This document shows positions 9,001 to 15,995 of a DNA stretch of 64,000 nt, in pieces. Below the pieces are notes generated by a model. That model was given only the letters and a program-made list of their open reading frames with translations, made no database searches and was not told the DNA's origin. The stretch is from contig CAVFRH010000083.1 in assembly GCA_963624695.1 (NCBI GenBank), positions 28,185 through 92,184 of the forward strand, written 5' to 3'. This DNA is from a bacterium (GTDB lineage: Bacteria > Bacillota > Clostridia > Lachnospirales > Lachnospiraceae). Positions within the stretch are counted from its first letter, which is position 1. Each line of letters opens with the position of its first letter. The translations under genes and the position numbers were made by a program.

Positions 9001-11670
9001 CTTTAAATATTTTCCTGCAACACGGCTGTCATTTTTATTTAATAACTCGACTGCGTAAAGGAGATCTTCCTCGTCTCCGATCAGAATCGGATCTTCTTCT
9101 GTACCGCTTCCCTCTAATGTAAGGGCTCCTAATTCTTTGAGCTCCGGTCTGCTGTCATCGCCCATACACCAGTAATTTTTGAAATCCCATCCGATTGCTG
9201 TATAGGTATCCTTCGTACTAGCCTCGTCTTCACTTATGCTTTTTCCCTGAGTCGCACTGTCCTTCGTACTGTCCTCCGGTGTGATCACTGTGCCATTTAA
9301 GGTGATGTTCTCGTTTGCAAGGTTGTTTTCTGTTTTTACATTGTATTTTGTATTATACAAACCATAAATACGTCCGATATTTGAGGTGGTTACATTACTT
9401 GGGATTGTAAAGGAACCGCCGCCTGCAACATTTCCCCGAATGGTTAAAGCATTTGGATATCCGCAGATCATGGCTGCTGATACAGTCGTATTTGCAGAGC
9501 TTCCGGTATAAGTAATATTTGCATTTGTATAGCAATTTTCAACAAGTGTCTTTGATCCTGCCGTATAAGCAGTAATACCACCCATCATTGCTCCATAGGC
9601 TGTATTTCCGCCGCAGGAAATGTCTCCGTCAAACCGGCAGTTCTGAATGGTGGATGCCGCATAGGTATTTCTTCCGTTAAGGGCTGCAATACCTGCTGCC
9701 TTGCCAAGTCCTGTGGCTGTTACTGTACTGTTCTTTACCTGTACACAAAAGATCACTCCGCCGGAGGCATTTTCTCCGACAACAACTGCAGCTCCCGAAT
9801 AACTGTTGCTTCCGGAATTTACATCGGAAACAACCTCTGCCTGTTCGAATCTCAGATTTTGAATTGTACCGGTATTTGTTTTTATAAATGCTGTTCTATG
9901 TTCAGTTTTTCCATCCAGAGTCTCTTCCGTCTCTTTAATGGTAAGGCCATAGATGGTATGACCCTTTCCGTCCAGTACTCCGCTAAAGCTGTTTATCATC
10001 GAAAAGCTGTCTGATGTCATCTGAATGTCGGCACTTAATTCATAATATTTGCCGACCCAGGCTTCATCATTTGCATTCAGCTTTTCTGCCATCATGCGAA
10101 GATCTTCATCCGAATCCAGAAGATACGGATTTGTTTCGCTTCCATCACCCTCTATCACAGAGTCTGACACCAGGGCAATTCCTGCTTCTGATGACTTTTC
10201 TATGGTAAAGCTGTCAACCACACTCAGATCTGAGGAACGATAGGTTGTGATCTCGAAGGTGTCCGCTGTGACATTAATCGATGAAAAATTTGCTGTATTT
10301 TCCTGATTCGTAACTGCTGCATACTCTTCTTTTTCATCATTCAGAGTGCTGTATCTGCTGCCGCTGGAGGAATTTGCTGTAATATACAAAACTCCATCCG
10401 AATCATATGCTTTTGCTTCATTCGATACCTTTGGACTTGTTCCGTTCATCATGTAGCTGCGTGTATAGGCATTGTCCTGTCCCATAAGCACAACATTTAC
10501 CCCAAGCTCCGTGAATGTCTGGGATAAATCTTCTCTCATTTGAAGCACTTGGGAATCCTGAGCATTTGATGTATTTCCATAAATGGATTTATTGAACACA
10601 ACAACAGTCCAGTCAATATTTTTCCCGCTGTTTGCTGCGATTGCATTTTCCATAAAGGACTTGTGTGCATCTGTATCTTGATCTTCTGAATTTAAATGAA
10701 GAAATAATACATTATTGTAGGTGTACCAGTAGTCTGAGTTTGCGCTTGCACCCTCTTCCTCTGTTCCGTAGGTATTGGGATTGTTGAAATGGTCGCTGTA
10801 AGCCGGGCTGCTATAGCTCATATAGCTTCCGTCCTCCAGATAATAGCCCAGATCATAATCCCCGATGGAAGTTGCAAGCGGAAGAGATTCCAGAATGGAG
10901 CTTTCCAAAAATCCTGTATACTGTACTTCATCATTTCCGTCACTGACCTGGTTTCCTGCACTTACAATCAGCTCTGCATCTGAATTTTCATTCAGAGCCT
11001 GCTGCAGGGTATTTTCCCAATTTGCCGCATCCGTATCGGTATCTGTTCCGCCTATTTCCGGATCTCCTACAAATATAAAGCTAAACTCAGAATCATTGTC
11101 TCCGGTTTTGAAGCTGTATACCTTTGAACTGGTATCTCCGTTCACAAGGCGGTATACATACTCCGTTCCGGCTTCCAGATTTCCAAGTGTAGCCTTGTTG
11201 CTGTAAAATCCGCTGTCACCGGTCTCTTTTACAGTGGCAGTTACGGTCTCATAATTTTCCGGAAATTTCTCTCCATCCTTTACTGCATACTGCACCTGAC
11301 CTGCTTCCTGAGTGTCAGCATACCATGTGATATTTCGAGTGCTTTCATCTGCCCCTACCGTAAGGGACAAGGCCTTCTGCATTACTTCTGCTTCTGTTTT
11401 ATCCTCTGTTGAACTTTCATTTGATTCTTCCGATGAATCTCCTGTACGTTCAGAAGTTACAGTTGTATCTGCATTTTCTGTATCTTTTGATGTCTCGCTG
11501 CTTTCTGCATCATTTTCGTCTGCCTCTTCTGACTGCTCCCCTAAGGCCTCTGTTCCTGAGCTTTCATTGCTGTCCGCTTCAAGAGCATAGGTCTCTACCG
11601 AGCTCATTGCAGGACTGACTGCCATGGCTGCTGCAAGTACAAATGCCCATATCCGGCTGCTCTTTTTCAT
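3037..11670 (-). CDS. 2877-aa secreted multidomain cell-surface protein
   Basis: Uninterrupted 8.6-kb ORF. Domain order:
- signal peptide MKKSSRIWAFVLAAAMAVSPAMS;
- acidic linker;
- two purple-acid-phosphatase-like modules, each with an FN3-like N-terminal domain (TEYVYRLVNG..YSFKT; TTYYYQVHSG..GTFKT);
- two about 340-aa GLUG-type modules (..FSGVLDGKGHTIYGL.. / ..FTGVLDGAGHSISGL..);
- DUF2341/LamG-like region (IVWVKIPN..GLWVYFGG; HMVTLMYDGLTVTTYVDG);
- calcineurin-like phosphoesterase (DTGDV, WGNHD, LTHH, CGHVDG);
- Ig-like domains including Big_2 (LQLTAIVKPDNAANKNVTWTSSDTNVATVDENGLVTAV);
- Ser-rich stalk;
- C-terminal hydrophobic segment plus KKRKSSK. Confidence 0.9.
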   Translation of the reverse strand: MKKSSRIWAFVLAAAMAVSPAMSSVETYALEADSNESSGTEALGEQSEEADENDAESSETSKDTENADTTVTSERTGDSSEESNESSTEDKTEAEVMQKALSLTVGADESTRNITWYADTQEAGQVQYAVKDGEKFPENYETVTATVKETGDSGFYSNKATLGNLEAGTEYVYRLVNGDTSSKVYSFKTGDNDSEFSFIFVGDPEIGGTDTDTDAANWENTLQQALNENSDAELIVSAGNQVSDGNDEVQYTGFLESSILESLPLATSIGDYDLGYYLEDGSYMSYSSPAYSDHFNNPNTYGTEEEGASANSDYWYTYNNVLFLHLNSEDQDTDAHKSFMENAIAANSGKNIDWTVVVFNKSIYGNTSNAQDSQVLQMREDLSQTFTELGVNVVLMGQDNAYTRSYMMNGTSPKVSNEAKAYDSDGVLYITANSSSGSRYSTLNDEKEEYAAVTNQENTANFSSINVTADTFEITTYRSSDLSVVDSFTIEKSSEAGIALVSDSVIEGDGSETNPYLLDSDEDLRMMAEKLNANDEAWVGKYYELSADIQMTSDSFSMINSFSGVLDGKGHTIYGLTIKETEETLDGKTEHRTAFIKTNTGTIQNLRFEQAEVVSDVNSGSNSYSGAAVVVGENASGGVIFCVQVKNSTVTATGLGKAAGIAALNGRNTYAASTIQNCRFDGDISCGGNTAYGAMMGGITAYTAGSKTLVENCYTNANITYTGSSANTTVSAAMICGYPNALTIRGNVAGGGSFTIPSNVTTSNIGRIYGLYNTKYNVKTENNLANENITLNGTVITPEDSTKDSATQGKSISEDEASTKDTYTAIGWDFKNYWCMGDDSRPELKELGALTLEGSGTEEDPILIGDEEDLLYAVELLNKNDSRVAGKYLKLTADITLTSNFTMIQSFTGVLDGAGHSISGLCIVDEDTSTQKDYLIGFVRTNYGTIKDLAFESPVVKTSVVCNTDSFSGVAVIAGENANGALIHGCRVSNATVEAPNAAKVAGVTALNGRNAKNSATVSNCYVSGTLIGGGTAVSYGTMMGGIASYSSASTIEDCITDVNISCDTSNVSSQTAVVSLSGIVAYINKVTLKGNVAYGGSMNASGEIGSLVTGGIYASVPTYSGSNTIENNLSSKDITINGEAIAEAKANGTLTEKSELEEKQTYTDLGWKFDLEWKMTDEKYPIPKVFSYPENEISRITAAVNSDGIGFSWYSKYEDNTYISISEDSEMKNATKLEAALESSDDQYRFTAKASNLKSDTTYYYQVHSGNIDSEIGTFKTAKEDGAFTFINLAGTDSETVKDAGVAADTMKVALNTVSDASFILHSGSMVDAERGSAAWTEWFYQAQDTFMDTLLAPTVGDEGASVMSQQFNIDTKGYYSFDYSNAHIVVLNTSENESQCISNEQIEWLKEDVTTARGNGQKWIILSVNKGPYTTGSTADNSEVAGLREVLLPVIDELEIDLVLQGQDHILGRTYSLKDGNADKSEYMEMVNGKRFYYSLSDEGTVYFMPGQAGTNMDSQIETMTTKDLDEYIALFSRSEQRGSASNPTQTFASVTVDGDKLTVCTYERKNTDTATMIEAFGIDHEVGNVESLIKEEKWEEARTAYNALTDAQKDEVENYSALLEAENSELQENKAAWLDDSAAERRSILVRNDTFSSFEDKPIRLEIENASSETMKFYTTKGEEIPSEVESYDKNGTSIVWVKIPNIEAESVTGLWVYFGGKASTLDSSEVWSNQYALVEHFNNLGSSSMTDSTGNATGTVTGSLTENDYGADKGAYFKDSKITYDSIGDDYDAFSISAIVSMTDEDMAALTGNKGVIASRFLSTDNDTNSYQMSIDSSTGKLSTSYYAKWWREHNYNTSSWPTNQKTNYSCNISATDGNQHMVTLMYDGLTVTTYVDGVAVKKGRVFLENSIYTDKSLSTVIGAYSDETLTGAFRGTIYDVQISGTGTSEQWESFRYEAYFGNAVTIGKSEHKGDLAINADVVGRSSSMEAGNHLVQGMLSKDATVTIQVGDKTYDLGSMSAGMFTETIDMTGSGEQKVIVSATADGKTEKVELTINLTDTKDPDVEGTDTQSDGESQTLVVNPNESEDENLTTKFYLSEGVDLSSNTMSIATGSTTENTPDQVDPLTCEYTAKELSNETTTTEDGSNPYQIYKISLTDEQKAAANYQLGWHGTSSRQIHAYAYDQAQKTWVKVASTDGTGELSMNIQVEGSQYSQDGNLYLIFFRGLGTDPEDMDSYTPSEGQYDFSMTWTSDVQYTSEFYEDILLQQKKWIAENQDKYNVVMNIDTGDVANAAYLSWEYNWKTVDKAYNVLENASAPYTIVWGNHDYKYVDKYNLLANSDRLYRQYFPLSRFQENLGGWKMVSQNKVTDDMCLTQTIHGSKLMLLTLSYWMDESDISWAKNIVEDPEYADYNIIILTHHFNSGGKITSTYGKKLLSDVIQGHSNVKLLLCGHVDGVDVINPTTGGQQFYSILQDYQDESGTMIYGGNGFLRMLNFDVENNLIYFNTYSPLTGETATVWANGTYSKVDGLYQKNKDEFAISVDLGGSQERTFTTSQLCMTTQSANEVGAESSKGNETVSYKLSDLKAGQNYTWYAVIEDEAGNQTTTALSGFKTAASEEEAKLVGIEIGNAPTKTEYAEGESFSAEGMVVNAVYSDGSRKVITDYTYSPDGALSLSDTAVIVSWNGMTTQVNISVRSQNDSDDTSDSVSGVTITPDNGTLTKAGETLQLTAIVKPDNAANKNVTWTSSDTNVATVDENGLVTAVADGTVTITAVSEDGNITATASITVSIAAADDTSDDGNSGTSDGSAANSTDQKNNASNYKGSSSSSKSSSSSAQSAKGTNTGDTTDARAWGILLVIAAAAATGIYAKKRKSSK
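8135..10150 (-). repeat. tandem duplication of an about 1-kb GLUG-type module inside the giant gene
   Basis: Two consecutive protein modules start with GDGSETNPYLLDSDEDLRMMAEKLNANDEAWVGKYYELSADIQMTS (about nt 10150) and GSGTEEDPILIGDEEDLLYAVELLNKNDSRVAGKYLKLTADITLTS (about nt 9115). They stay colinear to ..YTAIGWDFKNYW / ..YTDLGWKFDLEW. Boundaries are approximate. Confidence 0.6.
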
Positions 11671-11748
11671 GTTCTTCTCCTTGTCTGCTCTTTTTTTCTG
11701 TTTTGTAAATCTACTTTTCTAAATTCACTGTCTTCTCTGTCATTTTAA

Positions 11749-11764
11749 AAAGAGTTTGTAAAAT
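11749..11764 (-). promoter_or_regulatory. conserved 16-nt upstream motif, copy 1 (plus strand aaagagtttgtaaaat)
   Basis: An identical 16-mer recurs at 36238..36253. Both copies lie upstream of minus-strand genes encoding metallophosphoesterase-type proteins. On the minus strand each is followed by a -10-like box (TAAAAT here, TATAAT at copy 2). Confidence 0.45.
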
Positions 11765-11907
11765 GCAGCCGGGCGCTTGTGTAAAGAGCACGTGAAACTT
11801 TTTTCATCTGTTCTTTATATAGACTCCTTTCCGGATCACTTACCGATGATTTTTCTTTTTTCCTTTTCCGTGGTAAACTGCTTCTATTACAAAAGGATGA
11901 AAAAAGA

Positions 11908-12492
11908 ATGTCTGATCTATATATTTTTGAATTACACCCCAGAAATTATGGGTTTTTGAAGTCGAAACGGCGCTGGCAGAAGCACTTCCCACCTTTGACC
12001 CAGAAAAATGCCTATGTCTTTACCTTTCGGGTAAAGAAAGGAGACATCGGAAAATACAAAACCATTGCAAAACGGATGCGGGTAAACTGTCTGGCCTACC
12101 CCCTTGCCTATGAACGCAGCAGCAATTACCGGAGCATTTTTTTAAAGAGCCACCCACCCATCCGCGGCAAATACCGCTGCTGGTACTGCGGAAAGCGGAC
12201 GAAGGACATCACTGTGGATCATATCTACCCTGTAAAGCTGGTACAGACGGATGAAAAACTTCAGAGAAAGCTGAAGCGAAAAGGGATTCTCAACGTAAAT
12301 GATGAAAAAAATCTGGCTCTATCCTGCGAAAAATGCAACAAAAAAAAGAGCCTTAAGATTGGCAGCTATCCGAGGCGTGCTGCACTAGGGCGTCACGAGG
12401 GCTACTGGACCTTTTTACTGATCCTTCGCCTGCTCCTCGTCTTTGCTGCGATCTCTTTTGGGCTCTATCTGTATTTTCTACTAAATAAATAG
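11908..12492 (+). CDS. HNH endonuclease-domain protein with a C-terminal transmembrane helix
   Basis: Motif CWYCGK..TVDHIYPV..NLALSCEKCNKKK (CxxC ... DH ... N ... CxxC), then the hydrophobic tail WTFLLILRLLLVFAAISFGLYLYFLL. Confidence 0.65.
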   Translation: MSDLYIFELHPRNYGFLKSKRRWQKHFPPLTQKNAYVFTFRVKKGDIGKYKTIAKRMRVNCLAYPLAYERSSNYRSIFLKSHPPIRGKYRCWYCGKRTKDITVDHIYPVKLVQTDEKLQRKLKRKGILNVNDEKNLALSCEKCNKKKSLKIGSYPRRAALGRHEGYWTFLLILRLLLVFAAISFGLYLYFLLNK

Positions 12493-12522
12493 AATAACTA
12501 TACTACATAATTATATAGTACT

Positions 12523-13731
12523 TTAGTAATCAAAACCACGGAAATTGTAATAGGTCACTCCTGCCTGCAAATCGATTCCCTTGGCTGCTGCCAGCTCACT
12601 TACCGTTACCAGCTGGTAGCCCTGGGCAATCAGCTCTGGGAAGAGCTGTCTGCAGGCTTCTACGGACTCTTCGTAGCGGTCATGCATCAAAATGATGTTT
12701 CCTTCGGAAATACCATTCAATACCTCTGCCTTGATGGACTCCGTGTCACGGGTCTGCCAGTCAAAGGTGTCTACATCCCAGAAAATGCTGGGGGCTCCTG
12801 TGGATGCTCCCTGAGCTGCCACATTTTCATCGGTAATGTTTCCGTATGGGAATCTGCACACCGTCGGATACAGTCCGCCGCTATAAGAAGCGATCAACTC
12901 ACTGCAGGTTGCAAAGTCACTTCCGCAGTCCTCGGCAGAAAGATTGTTCATATTGGAATGGGTATAGGAATGATTTCCCAGCTCACATCTGTATTTTACG
13001 ATATAAGGAATGACTCCGCCGCCGTTTTCCACCTGTTTTCCGATCATAAAGAAGGTTACCCGAGCTCCTGTCTGATTGCAAAGATCCAAAAGCTCATCGG
13101 TTCCCTCACTTGGGCCATCGTCAAAGGTAAAGGCTAACAGCTTGCTGTTGTCCTGACCCGGCTGATACACTCCATTATCATCAAAGTAGCAGGACTGTCC
13201 TCCGATCAGCTTCCAGCCTAAGTCCATCCAGCCCTTTTCATCGAAATGATAGCTGTTTCCGTCTATGGTCTGCCAGCCATTGTAATAGCAAAGACCGCTG
13301 CTGACACTGTACCAATGTGCTCTGTCGTTGAAATGAAAGCCTGTCTCTGTGGACGACTGCAGCATTTCATCGGACATCTGCATAATTCCGGCTGCTCCTG
13401 TTCCATCCTCTGACTCTGGTGCCGCAAGACCTACTTCCTGTGTCTGCTCCTCTGTCACCTGGCTTACTGCGCTGCTTTCTGCAGCAATTTCTCCTGTACT
13501 TTCTGTTGCTGCACCATCTACTACTGTGCTTACAGCACTGCTTGCTACTGACACTTCTGTCTGTGCCACACTTGTTGAAGAAGCTTCGCTTGTCTCTTCC
13601 TTACTTTGCTTTCCGAAGCTTACGGCACATATGATGATCAGCACGATCAATATTGCTGCCAAAACTCCAAAACGAATATAGGGATTTCTCAGTCCCCTCT
13701 TGCGCTTCTTTCTTCTCTTCTTTCCTTCCAT
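12523..13731 (-). CDS. polysaccharide deacetylase (NodB/CE4 domain) with a membrane anchor and cell-wall-binding repeats
   Basis: ATG 13731 is preceded by GAGGAGGAG. Features: TM segment FGVLAAILIVLIIICAV; CW-binding-type repeats GWQTIDGNSYHFDEKGWMDLGWKLIGGQSCYFDDNGV; CE4 motifs FTFDDGP, HSYTH and RFPYG. Confidence 0.8.
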   Translation of the reverse strand: MEGKKRRKKRKRGLRNPYIRFGVLAAILIVLIIICAVSFGKQSKEETSEASSTSVAQTEVSVASSAVSTVVDGAATESTGEIAAESSAVSQVTEEQTQEVGLAAPESEDGTGAAGIMQMSDEMLQSSTETGFHFNDRAHWYSVSSGLCYYNGWQTIDGNSYHFDEKGWMDLGWKLIGGQSCYFDDNGVYQPGQDNSKLLAFTFDDGPSEGTDELLDLCNQTGARVTFFMIGKQVENGGGVIPYIVKYRCELGNHSYTHSNMNNLSAEDCGSDFATCSELIASYSGGLYPTVCRFPYGNITDENVAAQGASTGAPSIFWDVDTFDWQTRDTESIKAEVLNGISEGNIILMHDRYEESVEACRQLFPELIAQGYQLVTVSELAAAKGIDLQAGVTYYNFRGFDY

Positions 13732-13762
13732 AATTTTCTCCTCCTCTGAACTATATTTTTCT

Positions 13763-15082
13763 CTATTTAAAAGTTTTTTGAACAAACTTACGAAACAGTA
13801 CAAAGCCAACCACACTGGTAATCACTTCCGTGAAAGGGAAGGTCAGCCAGAAATAATTCAGGCCAATCAGGGAAAACAGATATCCCAATGGAATAAATAA
13901 ACAGATTGTTCGGATTACCGTAAGCACACAGCTTTGCAAGCCGCATCCTACTGCCTGAAAGAACACCGGAAAACCTAAAGAGGTCACCAGTGGAACAAAG
14001 CTAATGGCTATAATTCGAAATGCGATCCTTCCAATAGAAATCACCTCCGGATCCCTTGAAAAAATGCCCAGCATCTGAGCCGGCACCAATTCAAACAAAA
14101 GCATGGCAGCTACCATAAGAACTGCCTGCATCCACAAAGAGCTGCTAAAGGTTTTTTTACAGCGATCGTATTTTCCTGCTGCAAAATTAAAGCTTAGGAT
14201 TGGCACGATGCAGGTTTCCATGGCCCCGATTGGTATAAAATAAAAGGTCTGCCACTTATAGTAAAGGCCAAGGACCGTAACCGCCTGATCCGAAAATGTA
14301 GAAAGGATCAGATTGAGTCCAAATATGTAAACCGTATAAGCTGACTGCATCAAAATATTGGGCAGTCCCAGCTTATAAATTCTTCGAACGATACCGGGAA
14401 ACTGTGCCAGAGATGGTGCCTTTCTGCAGGCGCCCCTGTATACGAAAAGAGCTGCCACGCACTGTCCTACTACCGTTGCAAGAGCTGCCCCTGCAATTCC
14501 CAATTTCGGCATTCCAAGATACCCGAAGATAAAAATGGGATCCAGAACAATGTTTACAAGTGCTCCGGCAATCTGCGCCAGCATTGGACCTTTCATGTCT
14601 CCCTCTGCCTGATGGACCTTGGACCATACACTCTCCAAAAAAAGGCCTATGCTGAATACACAGACGATTCTTCCGTAAGCAATCACCTCTTCAATGATTT
14701 CCGGTGAAGAGGTGTTCATTTTTGCATATGACGGCATGATCAGGTACATTACAGCCACAAAAACGACCCATAAAACAATTGCAAGGGGTGCTGCACTTCC
14801 TGCTACTGCATCTGCTTTGTCTTTATCCCCAATTCCCAGGTGATGTGCCATATCGGTATTGATGCCGACTCCGCTTCCTACCGCCAGGGCGATCATCAGC
14901 AGCTGAAGCGGGTAAACAATGGACAGGGCAGTCAGTCCGTTTTGGGAATACTGACCTACAAAAAAACTATCGATCATATTGTAAAGAGCCTGTATCAGCT
15001 GTGCCAGCATAACAGGCGGTGTCAGCTTCAGCAATATTTTGCTGATCTTTTCATTTCCAAATAACTGCGCATTTGTGTTCAT
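13763..15082 (-). CDS. MATE-family efflux transporter
   Basis: 439-aa 12-TM protein with a typical MATE N-terminus (ILLKLTPPVMLAQLIQALYNMIDSFFVG). Confidence 0.85.
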   Translation of the reverse strand: MNTNAQLFGNEKISKILLKLTPPVMLAQLIQALYNMIDSFFVGQYSQNGLTALSIVYPLQLLMIALAVGSGVGINTDMAHHLGIGDKDKADAVAGSAAPLAIVLWVVFVAVMYLIMPSYAKMNTSSPEIIEEVIAYGRIVCVFSIGLFLESVWSKVHQAEGDMKGPMLAQIAGALVNIVLDPIFIFGYLGMPKLGIAGAALATVVGQCVAALFVYRGACRKAPSLAQFPGIVRRIYKLGLPNILMQSAYTVYIFGLNLILSTFSDQAVTVLGLYYKWQTFYFIPIGAMETCIVPILSFNFAAGKYDRCKKTFSSSLWMQAVLMVAAMLLFELVPAQMLGIFSRDPEVISIGRIAFRIIAISFVPLVTSLGFPVFFQAVGCGLQSCVLTVIRTICLFIPLGYLFSLIGLNYFWLTFPFTEVITSVVGFVLFRKFVQKTFK

Positions 15083-15118
15083 ATCTATAAATTCTGATGT
15101 AAACTCTCCAAGAACTTT

Positions 15119-15847
15119 TTACTCAATGAATTCAAAAATATCCTCTGCCGTAGCCCTTATCTGCTCCTCTGAACGAATGGTAGGACTTCCGTCTCCCTTT
15201 TGGGCTCCGTACATTCCAAATCCAGCATGACATCCCCCTTCAATGACAAGCTCCGTAAAATTCTGCGGCATATTGGATAAATATTTTTGATATTTTTCCC
15301 GGTTCATGACTCCGTCTTCACTTCCGTAGATAGACAGTACCTTCAAGTCTGTATCAGACAGATCTGATGTAGAATAGGCTGCCAGCAGCACAAGTCCCTC
15401 AAACTCCTCATCATGACTGCTGATGTAGGTCGCCGCCATGGAGCCTCCCAGAGAATGCCCTGCCATATACCAGTGCTCGATTTGAGGATACTGCTCTGAA
15501 AAACCATCTGCTGCATTTACATCCAGCACTGCAAGATTTGCCGGCATCTTTATTAATATACACAAAATTCCCTTATCTGCAAGTACCTGCATCAGGGGCT
15601 CATAGGCCGTATATTCCACCTTGCCTCCGGGATAAAATATTAATCCCGTATCTGCTTTCTCTGGCTCATAGACAATGCAGCCGTCTTCTATCTGTGCACT
15701 GACGCTTGCATTTTCTGTAAAACTTTGGATTTCCTGCGCTTGTGCATGGTAATAAATGCTGACATAGATCATGAAGGCTGCCACCAAAGCCACCAACACG
15801 ATTGGTATGATCAGCAATAATTTTTTTCTGCTTTTCTTTTTCGTCAT
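15119..15847 (-). CDS. membrane-anchored alpha/beta-fold hydrolase
   Basis: Nucleophile elbow GHSLGG, an N-terminal basic stretch plus TM (KKLLLIIPIVLVALVAAFMIYV). The start is uncertain (15847, 15877 or 15895). Confidence 0.7.
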   Translation of the reverse strand: MTKKKSRKKLLLIIPIVLVALVAAFMIYVSIYYHAQAQEIQSFTENASVSAQIEDGCIVYEPEKADTGLIFYPGGKVEYTAYEPLMQVLADKGILCILIKMPANLAVLDVNAADGFSEQYPQIEHWYMAGHSLGGSMAATYISSHDEEFEGLVLLAAYSTSDLSDTDLKVLSIYGSEDGVMNREKYQKYLSNMPQNFTELVIEGGCHAGFGMYGAQKGDGSPTIRSEEQIRATAEDIFEFIE

Positions 15848-15912
15848 CTTCTTTTTCCTTTCTTTTCTCCCTCCCATTATAACCATGCCCTGCAAAATTT
15901 CTACAAAAAAGG

Positions 15913-15981
15913 CTACTGCATTTAATGTATAATAATGAATACTCTTTCAGAGTATTCATTATTATACATTAAATGCAGTAG
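15913..15981 (-). terminator. rho-independent terminator with an unusually long perfect 33-bp stem
   Basis: ctactgcatttaatgtataataatgaatactct / ttc loop / agagtattcattattatacattaaatgcagtag. On the minus strand it is followed by ccTTTTTTg. It lies downstream of the MacB-like permease gene. Confidence 0.6.
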
Positions 15982-15995
15982 TCACAAATATCACA

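Noticed and set aside
3060-11618. About 15 plus-strand ORFs of 60-146 aa inside the giant gene (for example 3230..3670, 5486..5803, 7516..7860, 10865..11206).
   Set aside because: They are antisense shadows of an uninterrupted 8.6-kb ORF. They are low-complexity or Ser/Leu/Cys-rich, have no RBS and show no recognisable motifs.
15666-15959. 97-aa minus-strand ORF spanning the hydrolase start and the 33-bp palindrome.
   Set aside because: It overlaps the alpha/beta hydrolase N-terminus out of frame and begins inside the terminator hairpin, so it is an artefact.
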